NCBI RefSeq assembly: GCF_053078305.1 | Contig: NZ_CP166875.1 | Reading direction: 5' to 3' (one strand) | DNA: 64,000 bases | Source: a plasmid | Shown here: positions 1 to 10,908 of the stretch, one piece after another | Layout: the number at the start of each line of letters is the position of its first letter | Numbering within the stretch: position 1 is the stretch's first letter | Position numbers and translations under genes: made by a program | The notes under the pieces: generated by a model | What the model was told of the DNA's origin: nothing | The model's input: only the letters and a program-made list of their open reading frames with translations | Databases searched by the model: none

Positions 1-407
1 GTGAAGGCGCCGGGCGTACCATTCAGCTGGTCAGCGATTTGCGCGGAACAGGAGAAACTGCCGGTGCATGGGAAACATCCACGCCTTACGAATCCCTGCT
101 GGTTTCCATCAGTCAGGCGGTTCGTGCCGGACAACTGCCAGAAGGCTGGTATCAGATCCCCGTGACAAAGGAAACCCTGCAGGCCCCTGCCGGAATGTCC
201 GCAAAAGCTGAAGCCGTATGGACGGGGAATCACCTGAAGATGGTGCGCTTTACCGTGGAAAATAAAACGCTGTCTGCGCTGAATATCCGGGAAAGTGACT
301 TCTGGCAGCCGGGAACCCGGGCGGTGATGTTCAGCCAGCCTGTCAGCCAGTTACTGGTCGCTGCCCGTATGGATGTGTACGTCATTCGTGACGGGGAGGG
401 CAACTGA
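1..407 (+). CDS. traK: TraK C-terminal part (5' end outside window)
   Basis: ORF immediately upstream of traB with ATGA overlap; position in F tra gene order. Confidence 0.55.
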   Translation, partial: EGAGRTIQLVSDLRGTGETAGAWETSTPYESLLVSISQAVRAGQLPEGWYQIPVTKETLQAPAGMSAKAEAVWTGNHLKMVRFTVENKTLSALNIRESDFWQPGTRAVMFSQPVSQLLVAARMDVYVIRDGEGN

Positions 408-1837
408 TGGCCAGTATCAACACCATTGTGAAACGCAAGCAGTTCCTGTGGCTGGGGATTGTGATTGTCGGATCGGTATCAGCAATTGGTGGTGCGCTTT
501 ATCTGTCTGATATGGATATGTCCGGGAACACTGATGCCGTTGCAGGGCAGGAGCCTGTGCCGGATATGACCGGTGTTGTGGATACGACCTTTGATGACAA
601 GGTGCGTCAGCATGCCACCACAGAGATGCAGGTGACGGCGGCACAGATGCAGAAGCAGTATGAGGAAATCCGTCGTGAGATGGATGTTCTGAACAAACAG
701 CGTGGTGATGACCAGCGTCGCATTGAAAAGCTGGGGCAGGAGAATGCTGCGCTGGCAGAGCAGGTGAAAGCCCTGGGCGCGAATCCCGTTACAGTGACCG
801 GAGAGCCTGTGCCACAGATGCCGGCATCCCCTCCCGGTCCGGAGGGGGAGCCTCAGCCCGGTAATGCGCCCGTTGCTTTTCCACCGCAGGGGGCAGGTGC
901 AGTGCCACCGCCCACCGCGTTCTATCCGGGCAACGGAGCCACGCCGCCGCCACAGGTGACGTACCAGTCTGTGCCGGTGCCGAACCGGATACAGCGTAAA
1001 ACGTTCAGCTATGATGCTGGCACAAAGCAAACTCCGTCCCTGCCGTACATTCCGTCAGGCAGTTTTGCGAAAGCCATTCTGATTGAAGGGGCGGATGCCA
1101 ATGCTTCTGTCACCGGTAATGAATCCACGGTGCCGATGCAGCTGCGTATCACCGGTCTGGTGGAAATGCCGAACAGCAAAACCTATGACGCAACGGGATG
1201 CTTTGTTGGGCTGGAAGCCTGGGGGGATGTGTCCAGTGAGCGTGCCATCGTGCGTACCCGCAATATCAGCTGCCTGAAGGAGGGTAAAACCATCGATATG
1301 CCGGTTAAAGGGCATGTCAGCTTCCGGGGTAAAAACGGTATCAAGGGTGAAGTGGTGATGCGTAACGGCAAAATCCTCGGCTGGGCATGGGGCGCGGGAT
1401 TTGTTGACGGTATCGGTCAGGGAATGGAGCGCGCTTCCCAGCCGGCTGTCGGGCTGGGTGCCACTGCCGCTTACGGGGCCGGCGATGTCCTGAAAATGGG
1501 TATCGGTGGCGGTGCATCGAAAGCGGCACAGACACTCAGTGACTACTACATCAAACGCGCTGAGCAGTATCACCCGGTGATACCCATCGGGGCGGGTAAT
1601 GAAGTGACGGTGGTGTTCCAGGACGGTTTCCAGCTGAAAACCGTGGAAGAGATGGCGCTGGAGCAGGCTCAGGGGCAGGTGGAAGAGAGTAACCCGGGAA
1701 GTCCCGTGCCGAATCCGCCATCCGCAGAGAGTCACCTGAATGGTCTGAATACCGACCAGATGCTGAAGCAGCTGGGCGACCTGAATCCGCAGCAGTTTAT
1801 GGCCGGTGGTCAGGAAGGGGGCAACGATGGCAAATAA
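407..1837 (+). CDS. traB: TraB, T4SS inner-membrane/periplasmic component (VirB10-like), Pro-rich linker
   Basis: 476 aa, F TraB is ~475 aa; gene order traK-traB-traP; proline-rich central region. Confidence 0.9.
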   Translation: MASINTIVKRKQFLWLGIVIVGSVSAIGGALYLSDMDMSGNTDAVAGQEPVPDMTGVVDTTFDDKVRQHATTEMQVTAAQMQKQYEEIRREMDVLNKQRGDDQRRIEKLGQENAALAEQVKALGANPVTVTGEPVPQMPASPPGPEGEPQPGNAPVAFPPQGAGAVPPPTAFYPGNGATPPPQVTYQSVPVPNRIQRKTFSYDAGTKQTPSLPYIPSGSFAKAILIEGADANASVTGNESTVPMQLRITGLVEMPNSKTYDATGCFVGLEAWGDVSSERAIVRTRNISCLKEGKTIDMPVKGHVSFRGKNGIKGEVVMRNGKILGWAWGAGFVDGIGQGMERASQPAVGLGATAAYGAGDVLKMGIGGGASKAAQTLSDYYIKRAEQYHPVIPIGAGNEVTVVFQDGFQLKTVEEMALEQAQGQVEESNPGSPVPNPPSAESHLNGLNTDQMLKQLGDLNPQQFMAGGQEGGNDGK

Positions 1838-2411
1838 TACGTCGTCCAGTCAGGCGTGCCATACCGCCCGGTATGTTGTCGCCCGGGTTCTGCGTGGACT
1901 GTTCTGGTGTCTGAAATACACCGTCATTCTGCCACTGGCCACAATGGCCCTGATGGCGTTATTTGTTTTATGGAAGGACAACACCACACCAGGGAAATTA
2001 CTGGTTCAGGAAATTGACTTCATAAGACAAACAGCCCCTGCCGGGCAGTTTCCTGTAAGAGAATGTTTGCCTTCTCTGCCAGATCTTCCAGGAGCAGAAG
2101 AGAAAATCTGCCGTTACCGTGCTGCTGATGCTGCAGATTATGTCAGGGAGACTGACCGGTCACTGATGCAACTGGTCACCGCATTATGGGCAACACTGGC
2201 ACTGATGTATGTCTCGCTGGCAGCAATCACCGGGAAATATCTGGTGCGACCCGGAAAAATGAAATGTATCCGGGTGGTAACCGCAGATGAACATCTGAAG
2301 GAAGTTTATACGGAAGATGCTTCCCTGCCGGGAAAAATCAGGAAATGCCATGCTTATTTCCCTGATAACAGAACAAACAGAAACAACGGAGATAAAAATG
2401 AACATGCGTAA
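1827..2411 (+). CDS. traP: TraP inner-membrane protein
   Basis: size and position after traB; start overlaps traB stop; TM helix. Confidence 0.65.
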   Translation: MANNTSSSQACHTARYVVARVLRGLFWCLKYTVILPLATMALMALFVLWKDNTTPGKLLVQEIDFIRQTAPAGQFPVRECLPSLPDLPGAEEKICRYRAADAADYVRETDRSLMQLVTALWATLALMYVSLAAITGKYLVRPGKMKCIRVVTADEHLKEVYTEDASLPGKIRKCHAYFPDNRTNRNNGDKNEHA

Positions 2412-2592
2412 TATTCATGTTATTACGGCCCTCTCTGTACCGGATAAACGCATATCAGATGATTTTATGCATGCTGTTCTCAGTAACTGCACCACAGGAG
2501 TACTTCCTGCACCGGAGAAATTCGGTTCTGAGTCATTGCCGGACAATTTTACTATGACTGCTGTCGGTGTGATGAAGAATTCAGAAATATAA
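2398..2592 (+). CDS. trbD: TrbD small protein
   Basis: 64 aa ORF starting MNMRNIHV, position between traP and trbG. Confidence 0.6.
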   Translation: MNMRNIHVITALSVPDKRISDDFMHAVLSNCTTGVLPAPEKFGSESLPDNFTMTAVGVMKNSEI

Positions 2593-2603
2593 GGAACCCT
2601 TCG

Positions 2604-2855
2604 ATGAATAAGCTGGTTTCTGATGGCAGCGTCAAAAAAATAAATTATCCGGTGCTGTATGAGTCCGGAATAACACCTCCGTTATGTGAAGTCAGTGCAC
2701 CAGAACCTGATGCGGGTGGGAAACGCATTGTGGCATATGTTTATAAATCATCACGGAATACGGTTTTTGAAAATCCTGACATTGTAAAAACCTGTACGGT
2801 CAGGGATTTGAAGAATGATTTTGTGAACTGCGATGAGAAAGGTGAGGGACAATGA
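2604..2855 (+). CDS. trbG: TrbG
   Basis: 83 aa, same length as F TrbG; position upstream of traV. Confidence 0.6.
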   Translation: MNKLVSDGSVKKINYPVLYESGITPPLCEVSAPEPDAGGKRIVAYVYKSSRNTVFENPDIVKTCTVRDLKNDFVNCDEKGEGQ

Positions 2856-3367
2856 AACAGATTTCTTTATTTATTCCGCTGCTGGGGACGTTATTACTTT
2901 CCGGCTGTGCCGGAACAAACTCCGACTTTGAGTGTGATGCCACCACATCCGATACCTGTATGACGATGGAGCAGGCCAATGAGAAGGCCAAAAAACTGGA
3001 GCAGTCCTCAGAAGCAAAGCCGGTTGCGGCATCACTGCAGCGCCTGGCTGAAGGGAACTTCCGGACAATGCCGGTGCAGACCGTCACCGCGACCTCTCCG
3101 TCCGGCAGCAGACCTGCGGTGACGGCACTTCCGGAGCAGAAACTGCTGGCACCACGTCCGCTGTTTACCGCTGCCCGGGAAGTGAAAACGGTTGTTCCGG
3201 TCAGTTCAGTTGCACCGGTAATACCTCCCCGTCCGCTAAGAACGGGTGAGCAGACGGCAGCATTATGGATAGCGCCTTATATTGATAATCAGGATGTTTA
3301 TCATCAGCCATCCAGTGTGTTTTTTGTTATTAAACCGTCTGCGTGGGGAAAACCACGTATTAATTAA
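2852..3367 (+). CDS. traV: TraV outer-membrane lipoprotein of T4SS core
   Basis: 171 aa, lipobox LLLSGCAG, F gene order. Confidence 0.85.
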   Translation: MKQISLFIPLLGTLLLSGCAGTNSDFECDATTSDTCMTMEQANEKAKKLEQSSEAKPVAASLQRLAEGNFRTMPVQTVTATSPSGSRPAVTALPEQKLLAPRPLFTAAREVKTVVPVSSVAPVIPPRPLRTGEQTAALWIAPYIDNQDVYHQPSSVFFVIKPSAWGKPRIN

Positions 3368-3501
3368 CAGGCCCTGAAGTTGTATATCAGCCGGCAATGC
3401 CGGCGGGCTTTCTGTATTCAAAATCTGCCTGTAAAACGAGTGCCCTGTGCGTGAAAAGGGATGGGCGGTAGCGTGTCAGAACATGTCGGGAGGAATATTC
3501 C

Positions 3502-3723
3502 GTGAGTGATGAAGCCGATGAAGCATATTCAGTAACAGAACAACTGACCATGACAGGAATAAACCGGATACGCCAGAAAATAAATGTTCATGGTATTCCT
3601 GTTTATCTCTGTGAAGCATGCGGAAATCCTATTCCGGAAGCCCGGCGGAAAATATTTCCCGGTGTGACGTTGTGCGTTGAATGTCAGGCGTATCAGGAAA
3701 GGCAGAGGAAACACTATGCATAA
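3502..3723 (+). CDS. traR: TraR, DksA-like C4 zinc-finger protein
   Basis: 73 aa, CEACGNPIP...CVEC zinc-finger motif. Confidence 0.85.
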   Translation: MSDEADEAYSVTEQLTMTGINRIRQKINVHGIPVYLCEACGNPIPEARRKIFPGVTLCVECQAYQERQRKHYA

Positions 3724-4189
3724 ATCAGAAAATGAAAAAATAGATTCTATTCTGGATGAACATCAACAGATATATCGCAGACATAACCGAATAGATAACA
3801 TCCTGGCGTTTTTTGCGTGTATTGCATGGATTCCCTGTATTATTGCTGCGTTCGGCGTTGATGGTATATATCTGAAAATCCTGTTTGCGGTCCTTGCCTG
3901 CTGTGGTGCGGTATGCTTTTTTATTTTCTTCTTCACTCTCCTGCCGGAATCACTCATGGTCCTCAGCCGTCAGAGCCTGCTTCAGCTTATGCGTCTGACT
4001 GAAGACGTACCGGATGCGAGACAGGAACTGCTTAACCGTCTGCTGTCCGGTAAAAAACTGACTGGTCGGGATGAAAAGGATATCCGGCGTCTCTGGCAGG
4101 AGAAAGTGGATGCAATGCAGGAGTCTGCCACCCGTCAGCGTGAACAGGATACCATCCGGAAGTTTACTGAAGGGAATAAATCCGAATGA
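3716..4189 (+). CDS. hypothetical membrane protein (2 TM helices plus charged C-terminal helical domain)
   Basis: ORF start overlaps traR stop; hydrophobic segments; no recognised family. Confidence 0.45.
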   Translation: MHKSENEKIDSILDEHQQIYRRHNRIDNILAFFACIAWIPCIIAAFGVDGIYLKILFAVLACCGAVCFFIFFFTLLPESLMVLSRQSLLQLMRLTEDVPDARQELLNRLLSGKKLTGRDEKDIRRLWQEKVDAMQESATRQREQDTIRKFTEGNKSE

Positions 4190-4268
4190 AAATCTGCTGT
4201 GTTTTATAACCTCATAAGTTAACTGAAGGAGTATTCAGTGATTAATATTTCACTGGAGGTAATAAAGA

Positions 4269-4487
4269 ATGCATACCTTTATTTTTCTTGTGCTGATGAA
4301 AAATGTTGGCGGTGGCGGAAGCTGGAATGTTACCCCCATGCCAAATACGGACGTATGCGTGCAGGTTCTTCGGACAATCGAAGCACATGGAGGCAGGGGA
4401 TTTGGAAATACAGGGGAGTGTATTGAAGTTAAAACTAATGAACCTTTGAATAACGTGATGGAAACACTGAATGGTGGTGGGCTATGA
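4269..4487 (+). CDS. hypothetical small Gly-rich protein
   Basis: 72 aa ORF in traR-traC islet; weak. Confidence 0.25.
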   Translation: MHTFIFLVLMKNVGGGGSWNVTPMPNTDVCVQVLRTIEAHGGRGFGNTGECIEVKTNEPLNNVMETLNGGGL

Positions 4488-4514
4488 GTGCTTACTGCTT
4501 CGAAGGAAAATGAA

Positions 4515-4862
4515 ATGAAGTCGATATATTTAAAATATTTTCTGTCTTTTGTATTTGTTGGTGTTATGGCTATGATTGTATGTATTCCTTTTTACATCAT
4601 TTACCTTGCGCAACAACCTGCAACACCAGAACAACTGACAGAGATTTTACAGGAAACTCCCTGTGCAGCAGAAGCATTTCAGGAGACACTTAATTATCAG
4701 TCTGAACCTTTAACATTTGGTAAGGCAAATAAAATCGCATCAGAATGCAGAAAAAGAAATGAAATGGAAGAGGCGCGACGGGTAAGAGAAAACGAGCTCA
4801 ATAAGATACGCGAAAAACAACTTCAGGCATTAAGTGATGCTGATTCAGCAAAGGAACGTTAA
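4515..4862 (+). CDS. hypothetical single-pass membrane protein with coiled-coil C-terminus
   Basis: ORF with TM helix (FLSFVFVGVMAMIVCIPFYIIYL) and charged C-terminal region. Confidence 0.4.
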   Translation: MKSIYLKYFLSFVFVGVMAMIVCIPFYIIYLAQQPATPEQLTEILQETPCAAEAFQETLNYQSEPLTFGKANKIASECRKRNEMEEARRVRENELNKIREKQLQALSDADSAKER

Positions 4863-4992
4863 TTGTAATCCTGGTTTCCTGTTAAAAGCCTCCATCTCTT
4901 ATTTGTGCTGTGGTTTCAGAAATGGCACTGCGTGATATATCCACGCCACAGACTGATATTTTCCTTTTTTAAACGTACTAAGGAATACTCAT

Positions 4993-7623
4993 ATGAGTAA
5001 TAACCCACTTGAGGTCGTCACTCAGGCGGTCAATTCACTGCTGACCGCACTTAAATTACCGGATGAATCTGCTCAGGCTAATCAGATCCTCGGTGAGATG
5101 AACTTCCCGCAGTTCAGCCGTCTGCTGCCATACCGTGATTACAACCAGGAATCCGGTCTGTTCATGAATGACTCCACAATGGGCTTTATGCTGGAAGCCA
5201 TTCCCATCAATGGTGCGAATGAGACCATTGTGGAGGCTCTCGACCATATGCTGCGCACCAAACTGCCGCGCGGTATTCCGCTGTGTATCCATCTGATGTC
5301 CAGCCAGCTGGTTGGCGAGCGGATTGAGTACGGGCTGCGTGAGTTCTCCTGGTCAGGTGAACAGGCAGAACGGTTTAACGCCATTACCCGGGCCTATTAC
5401 ATGAAAGCCGCAGAAACACTGTTTCCGCTGCCGGAAGGGTTGAACCTGCCTCTGACCCTGCGCCATTACCGGGTGTTTATCTCGTACTGTTCTCCCTCGA
5501 AGAAAAAAAGCCGGGCCGACATTCTGGAAATGGAAAACCTGGTGAAAATCATCCGGGCGTCTCTGCAGGGAGCATATATCACCACGCAGACGGTGGATGC
5601 ACAGGCTTTCATCGATATTGTCGGGGAGATGATTAACCATAACCCGGACTCCCTGTACCCGAAAAGACGTCAGCTGGACCCGTATTCTGATTTGAATTAT
5701 CAGTGCGTGGAGGACAGTTTTGACCTGAAGGTCCGGGCAGATTACCTGACGCTGGGACTGCGTGAGAACGGCAGGAACAGCACTGCCCGCATCCTGAATT
5801 TCCATCTGGCCCGTAACCCGGAAATCGCCTTCCTGTGGAACATGGCCGACAACTACAGCAACCTGCTGAACCCGGAACTGTCCATCTCCTGCCCGTTCAT
5901 TCTGACGCTGACCCTGGTGGTGGAAGACCAGGTGAAAACCCACAGCGAAGCCAACCTGAAGTACATGGACCTGGAGAAAAAGTCGAAGACCTCCTATGCC
6001 AAATGGTTTCCGTCCGTGGAGAAAGAAGCGAAGGAGTGGGGGGAACTGCGTCAGCGGCTGGGCTCCGGTCAGTCTTCTGTCGTGTCCTACTTCCTCAACA
6101 TCACAGCATTCTGCAAGGACAATAATGAAACGGCACTGGAAGTGGAGCAGGATATCCTGAACAGCTTCCGTAAAAACGGTTTTGAACTGATTTCACCGCG
6201 CTTTAACCACATGCGCAATTTCCTGACCTGCCTGCCCTTTATGGCCGGGAAAGGGTTGTTTAAACAACTGAAAGAGGCCGGAGTGGTTCAGCGCGCAGAG
6301 AGCTTTAATGTGGCCAACCTGATGCCGTTAGTGGCGGATAACCCCCTGACGCCGGCAGGTCTGCTGGCACCCACCTACCGTAACCAGCTGGCGTTTATCG
6401 ATATTTTCTTCCGGGGGATGAATAACACCAACTACAACATGGCGGTCTGTGGCACTTCCGGGGCCGGTAAAACCGGGCTGATACAGCCACTTATCCGCAG
6501 TGTGCTGGACTCCGGGGGTTTTGCTGTGGTGTTCGACATGGGGGATGGCTACAAGTCCCTGTGTGAAAACATGGGGGGCGTATATCTGGACGGTGAAACC
6601 CTGCGCTTTAACCCGTTTGCGAACATCACCGATATTGACCAGTCAGCGGAGCGTGTCCGTGACCAGCTGTCGGTGATGGCCAGCCCCAACGGTAACCTGG
6701 ATGAAGTGCATGAAGGTCTGCTGCTGCAGGCGGTCAGGGCCTCCTGGCTTACCAGACAGAACCGGGCGCGTATTGATGACGTGGTGGATTTCCTGAAAAA
6801 CGCCCGGGATAACGACCAGTATGCCGAGTCCCCGACCATCCGCAGCCGTCTGGATGAAATGATAGTGCTGCTGGACCAGTACACAGCCAACGGTACTTAC
6901 GGCCAGTATTTTAACTCTGATGAACCGTCCCTGCGGGATGACGCAAAAATGGTGGTGCTGGAGCTGGGTGGACTGGAAGACCGTCCGTCCCTGCTGGTTG
7001 CGGTGATGTTCAGCCTTATCATTTACATCGAGAACCGGATGTACCGCACGCCGCGTAACCTCAAGAAACTGAACGTCATTGATGAGGGGTGGCGTCTGCT
7101 GGACTTCAAAAATCACAAGGTCGGTGAGTTTATTGAGAAAGGTTACCGTACCGCCCGCCGTCATACTGGTGCCTATATCACCATCACACAGAACATCGTC
7201 GACTTTGACTCTGACAAGGCCTCCAGTGCGGCCCGTGCGGCATGGGGTAACTCCTCCTACAAAATTATCCTCAAACAGAGTGCGAAGGAGTTCGCGAAAT
7301 ATAACCAGCTGTATCCGGACCAGTTCCTGCCACTGCAGCGCGACATGATTGGTAAGTTTGGTGCGGCCAAAGACCAGTGGTTCAGTTCCTTCCTGCTGCA
7401 GGTGGAAAACCACTCCTCCTGGCACCGTCTGTTTGTGGACCCGCTAAGCCGTGCCATGTACAGCTCTGACGGCCCGGATTTTGAGTTTGTGCAGCAGAAA
7501 CGTAAAGAGGGGCTGAGTATTCATGAGGCGGTGTGGCAGCTGGCGTGGAAGAAGTCAGGGCCGGAGATGGCTTCGCTGGAAGCATGGCTGGAAGAACATG
7601 AGAAATACAGGAGTGTTGCATGA
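4993..7623 (+). CDS. traC: TraC, VirB4-family T4SS ATPase
   Basis: 876 aa; Walker A GTSGAGKTG; F TraC is 875 aa. Confidence 0.95.
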   Translation: MSNNPLEVVTQAVNSLLTALKLPDESAQANQILGEMNFPQFSRLLPYRDYNQESGLFMNDSTMGFMLEAIPINGANETIVEALDHMLRTKLPRGIPLCIHLMSSQLVGERIEYGLREFSWSGEQAERFNAITRAYYMKAAETLFPLPEGLNLPLTLRHYRVFISYCSPSKKKSRADILEMENLVKIIRASLQGAYITTQTVDAQAFIDIVGEMINHNPDSLYPKRRQLDPYSDLNYQCVEDSFDLKVRADYLTLGLRENGRNSTARILNFHLARNPEIAFLWNMADNYSNLLNPELSISCPFILTLTLVVEDQVKTHSEANLKYMDLEKKSKTSYAKWFPSVEKEAKEWGELRQRLGSGQSSVVSYFLNITAFCKDNNETALEVEQDILNSFRKNGFELISPRFNHMRNFLTCLPFMAGKGLFKQLKEAGVVQRAESFNVANLMPLVADNPLTPAGLLAPTYRNQLAFIDIFFRGMNNTNYNMAVCGTSGAGKTGLIQPLIRSVLDSGGFAVVFDMGDGYKSLCENMGGVYLDGETLRFNPFANITDIDQSAERVRDQLSVMASPNGNLDEVHEGLLLQAVRASWLTRQNRARIDDVVDFLKNARDNDQYAESPTIRSRLDEMIVLLDQYTANGTYGQYFNSDEPSLRDDAKMVVLELGGLEDRPSLLVAVMFSLIIYIENRMYRTPRNLKKLNVIDEGWRLLDFKNHKVGEFIEKGYRTARRHTGAYITITQNIVDFDSDKASSAARAAWGNSSYKIILKQSAKEFAKYNQLYPDQFLPLQRDMIGKFGAAKDQWFSSFLLQVENHSSWHRLFVDPLSRAMYSSDGPDFEFVQQKRKEGLSIHEAVWQLAWKKSGPEMASLEAWLEEHEKYRSVA

Positions 7624-8006
7624 CCACAACGCAAAAAACGACTGATGTGACAGCCCGTCGACGCAGCCACTGGTGGTGGACGGTGCCGGGATGCCTGGCA
7701 ATGGTGTTACTGAACGCAGCCGTCAGTTACGGCATTGTCAGACTGAACACGCCGGTAACCGTCGCCTTCAACATGAAACAGACAGTGGATGCGTTTTTTG
7801 ACAGCGCCAGCCAGAAAAAACTGTCAGAAGCGCAGTCGAAGGCGCTGGCTGACCGTTTTAACGCGGCACTGGAGGCCAGTCTGCAGACGTGGCAGCAGAA
7901 GCACCACGCTGTCATTCTGGTGTCGCCTGCCGTGGTACAGGGGGCACCGGATATCACCCGTGAAATCCAGCAGGATATTGCCCGGCGAATGAGGGCAGAA
8001 CCATGA
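7620..8006 (+). CDS. trbI: TrbI
   Basis: 128 aa with TM helix, position after traC as in F. Confidence 0.8.
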   Translation: MTTTQKTTDVTARRRSHWWWTVPGCLAMVLLNAAVSYGIVRLNTPVTVAFNMKQTVDAFFDSASQKKLSEAQSKALADRFNAALEASLQTWQQKHHAVILVSPAVVQGAPDITREIQQDIARRMRAEP

Positions 8007-8635
8007 GATGCCGGGGGCTGATTGCCCTGCTGGTATGGGGGCAGAGTGTGGCTGCAGCTGATCTTGGCACCTGGGGGGATTTGTGGCCGGTAAAGGAGGC
8101 GGACATGCTGACGGTGATTATGCAGCGTCTGACAGCTCTGGAGCAGTCCGGAGAGATGGGCCGGAAAATGGATGCGTTTAAGGAGCGGGTGATCCGCAAC
8201 AGCCTGCGGCCCCCTGCCGTGCCCGGTATCGGTCGGACGGAGAAATACAGCAGCCGCCTGTTTGACCCGTCTGTCAGACTGGCTGCGGATATCCGGGATA
8301 ACGAAGGTCGTATCTTCGCCCGCCAGGGGGAGGTGATGAACCCGCTGCAGTATGTGCCTTTTAACCAGACACTGTATTTCATCAACGGTGATGATCCTGA
8401 GCAGATTGAATGGATGAAGCGCCAGACGCCTCCCACACTGGAGAGCAAAATTATCCTGGTGCAGGGCAGTATCCCGGAGATGCAGAAGGCTCTGGACAGT
8501 CGTGTTTACTTTGATCAGAACGGCGTGATCTGCCAGCGTCTCGGCATTGATCAGGTGCCGGCACGGGTGAGTGCTGTCAGTGGCGATCGTTTCCTGAAGG
8601 TGGAGTTTATTCCGGTCGGGGAGGGAGGGAAATGA
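8003..8635 (+). CDS. traW: TraW pilus assembly protein
   Basis: 210 aa with signal peptide, F gene order. Confidence 0.85.
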   Translation: MRCRGLIALLVWGQSVAAADLGTWGDLWPVKEADMLTVIMQRLTALEQSGEMGRKMDAFKERVIRNSLRPPAVPGIGRTEKYSSRLFDPSVRLAADIRDNEGRIFARQGEVMNPLQYVPFNQTLYFINGDDPEQIEWMKRQTPPTLESKIILVQGSIPEMQKALDSRVYFDQNGVICQRLGIDQVPARVSAVSGDRFLKVEFIPVGEGGK

Positions 8636-9624
8636 AACGGTGTATGTGGTTGTGTGTGGTTTTGCTGCTGACTGGCCATGTTCCCGCAGCCTCAGCGGAC
8701 GCTGCCTGTGAAGGGCGGTTTGTTAACCCGATCACGGATATCTGCTGGAACTGCATTTTTCCACTGTCGCTGGGCAGCACAAAAGTGAGTCAGGGGAAGG
8801 TGCCGGATACAATAAACCCGTCAATGCCGATCCAGTTCTGTCCTGCGCCACCGCCTGTATTTAAACGTATCGGGCTGGCTATTGGTTACTGGGAGCCGAT
8901 GGCACTGACGGATGTGACCCGCAGTCCGGGATGTATGGTAAATCTTGGAATAACAATCCCGGAGCTGGGGAAAACCGGGCAGGGAACGGCCAAAAAAGAC
9001 GACAAGCAGGTGAACGGGGCATTTTACCATGTTCACTGGTACAAATACCCGCTGACATACTGGCTGAGTATTATCACCTCAGCAGGATGTCTGATGGGCG
9101 GCGATATGGATATCGGGTACATCTCAGAAATTGACCCTACCTGGACAGACAGCAGTCTGACCACCATTCTCAACCCGGAAGCGGTCATCTTTGCAAATCC
9201 GATAGCACAGGGAGCCTGTGCGGTGGATGCCATTGCCAGTGCCTTTAACAAGCCGCTGGATATCCTGTTCTGGTGTGCCGGTTCGCAGGGCAGTATGTAT
9301 CCGTTTAATGGCTGGGTGAGCAATGAATCCAGTCCGTTGCAGTCATCCCTGCTGGTCAGTGAACGGATGGCGTTTAAGCTCCACCGTCAGGGAATGATAA
9401 TGAACAGCATCGGCGTGGATGTGGCTGTCTGTTATGAATATCCGTCGCCCATACTTCCCAAAGAGCGCTGGCGTTATCAGATGGTGAATATGTACCCGGA
9501 CAGCGGACAGTGCCATCCGTTCGGACGCAGTGTGATGCGCTGGGAGACGGGAAAAAATCCGCCCAACACAAAGAAAAACTTCGGTTACCTGATGTGGCGT
9601 AAACGTAACTGTGTGTTCCTGTAA
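8632..9624 (+). CDS. traU: TraU pilus assembly/DNA transfer protein
   Basis: 330 aa with signal peptide, Cys-rich, F gene order. Confidence 0.9.
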   Translation: MKRCMWLCVVLLLTGHVPAASADAACEGRFVNPITDICWNCIFPLSLGSTKVSQGKVPDTINPSMPIQFCPAPPPVFKRIGLAIGYWEPMALTDVTRSPGCMVNLGITIPELGKTGQGTAKKDDKQVNGAFYHVHWYKYPLTYWLSIITSAGCLMGGDMDIGYISEIDPTWTDSSLTTILNPEAVIFANPIAQGACAVDAIASAFNKPLDILFWCAGSQGSMYPFNGWVSNESSPLQSSLLVSERMAFKLHRQGMIMNSIGVDVAVCYEYPSPILPKERWRYQMVNMYPDSGQCHPFGRSVMRWETGKNPPNTKKNFGYLMWRKRNCVFL

Positions 9625-9637
9625 TCGGGAAAATGTG

Positions 9638-10180
9638 ATGCGCAACAGTAAAGTGCAACTTGTATCAATCCTCAGACAGGTCAGTCTTTCACTGAACACG
9701 GAGCCATTACGACAGTTTATCTCTCTGAGGGAGATTGCAGAAGAGACGGATCACGTCGCTGCTCGTTTGTCCGGAGGAAAACGGGTAACACCTGCACAAA
9801 TTTATGAATTGTGTGCACAGTTATGGATGGCCAGGATGAAGGCAGTTGAAGTTTATGGGCGACATTCTGATGTGGTGATGTCTCTGGAAAGACAGACTGA
9901 TTTACTTGAGGCTGCAGGCAACGTATTAAAACAACGCTGGTTTTACCGTCCGTGGGGATCATCAAAAGCATCTGTGATGCTGACAGGTATACTGGTGATC
10001 CCCGTATTTCTGGTTTTATCCGGATTGTTGAGTGCAGGGTATCCCGGGTTATTATGTATTACCGTATCCGGCTGTTATTTTTCCGGGATTGCCGCTTTTT
10101 CTTTGCGGGCTAAAGATCCAGTCGGGCTTTGCTGGTCTGTGTTCTGTTTTATTCTGCTATATCTGCTCCTGAAAAAATGA
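9638..10180 (+). CDS. hypothetical protein, soluble N-terminal domain plus C-terminal TM helices
   Basis: ORF directly after traU stop; not part of canonical F tra set; C-terminal hydrophobic helices. Confidence 0.4.
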   Translation: MRNSKVQLVSILRQVSLSLNTEPLRQFISLREIAEETDHVAARLSGGKRVTPAQIYELCAQLWMARMKAVEVYGRHSDVVMSLERQTDLLEAAGNVLKQRWFYRPWGSSKASVMLTGILVIPVFLVLSGLLSAGYPGLLCITVSGCYFSGIAAFSLRAKDPVGLCWSVFCFILLYLLLKK

Positions 10181-10908
10181 GATTAATTATTCTGCGTCTG
10201 AATAATGAATGCTCCGCCATTGCGATGTACTCTGAATCCATTGGGATGCCTCCTGCAGGAGAACAGTCTGTAGCGGGTTTTTCCCCCATACCTCAGATTC
10301 AGGACAATAGTTTCACAGAGTGGCGTCTTCCTTGCCTTTTCTTTATATAGTATACCTTTTTTTTTCAGGTTATTAGCTATTCTGTTTCGGATTCCGTGGC
10401 GCAGGATGTGAGACTGTAATGTGATCGTGTTATAAGACGGATAGCATAATATGAAATGTTCAATATTTCCGACAAGCTTGTCTGCGTTGATTCTTGAGGA
10501 TACTTTGACAGATGGTCTGGTAATATATTGTGGATGTATATCGATTCTCAGGCTGGATATAAAGGGGGTAAGATAAAGACCCGTAACAGGCGTTCTGAGC
10601 ATGGACGATGAGAAAAAGAACAGAAAAAACCATAGTGTAATTACAGATATCCCTGACCTGATAATTACAGAGTATATGTTTCCGCTGAAAGGTGAATAAT
10701 CTTTTTGTATCATCAGATGTATGATGGATGACAGTAAAAACAAAATAAAGCCAGCCGGGAATGGTCTTCTCAGAACTCTGAAAAAGAGACTGTTATTTAT
10801 GAAGCGAAAACGAAGCAGGACCGTTAACAACAGCGATAAGAATATCAGTATTATGACCATTTGCACTCCGAAACTGATACATGAACAGATGTTTAAGGGT
10901 GATATTAA

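Noticed and set aside
6643-7425. Long - strand ORFs inside traC, traI and traD (for example 6643-7425, 26419-27045, 30348-31538)
   Set aside because: They lie antisense to strongly supported tra genes in GC-rich DNA and have low-complexity composition; typical shadow ORFs.
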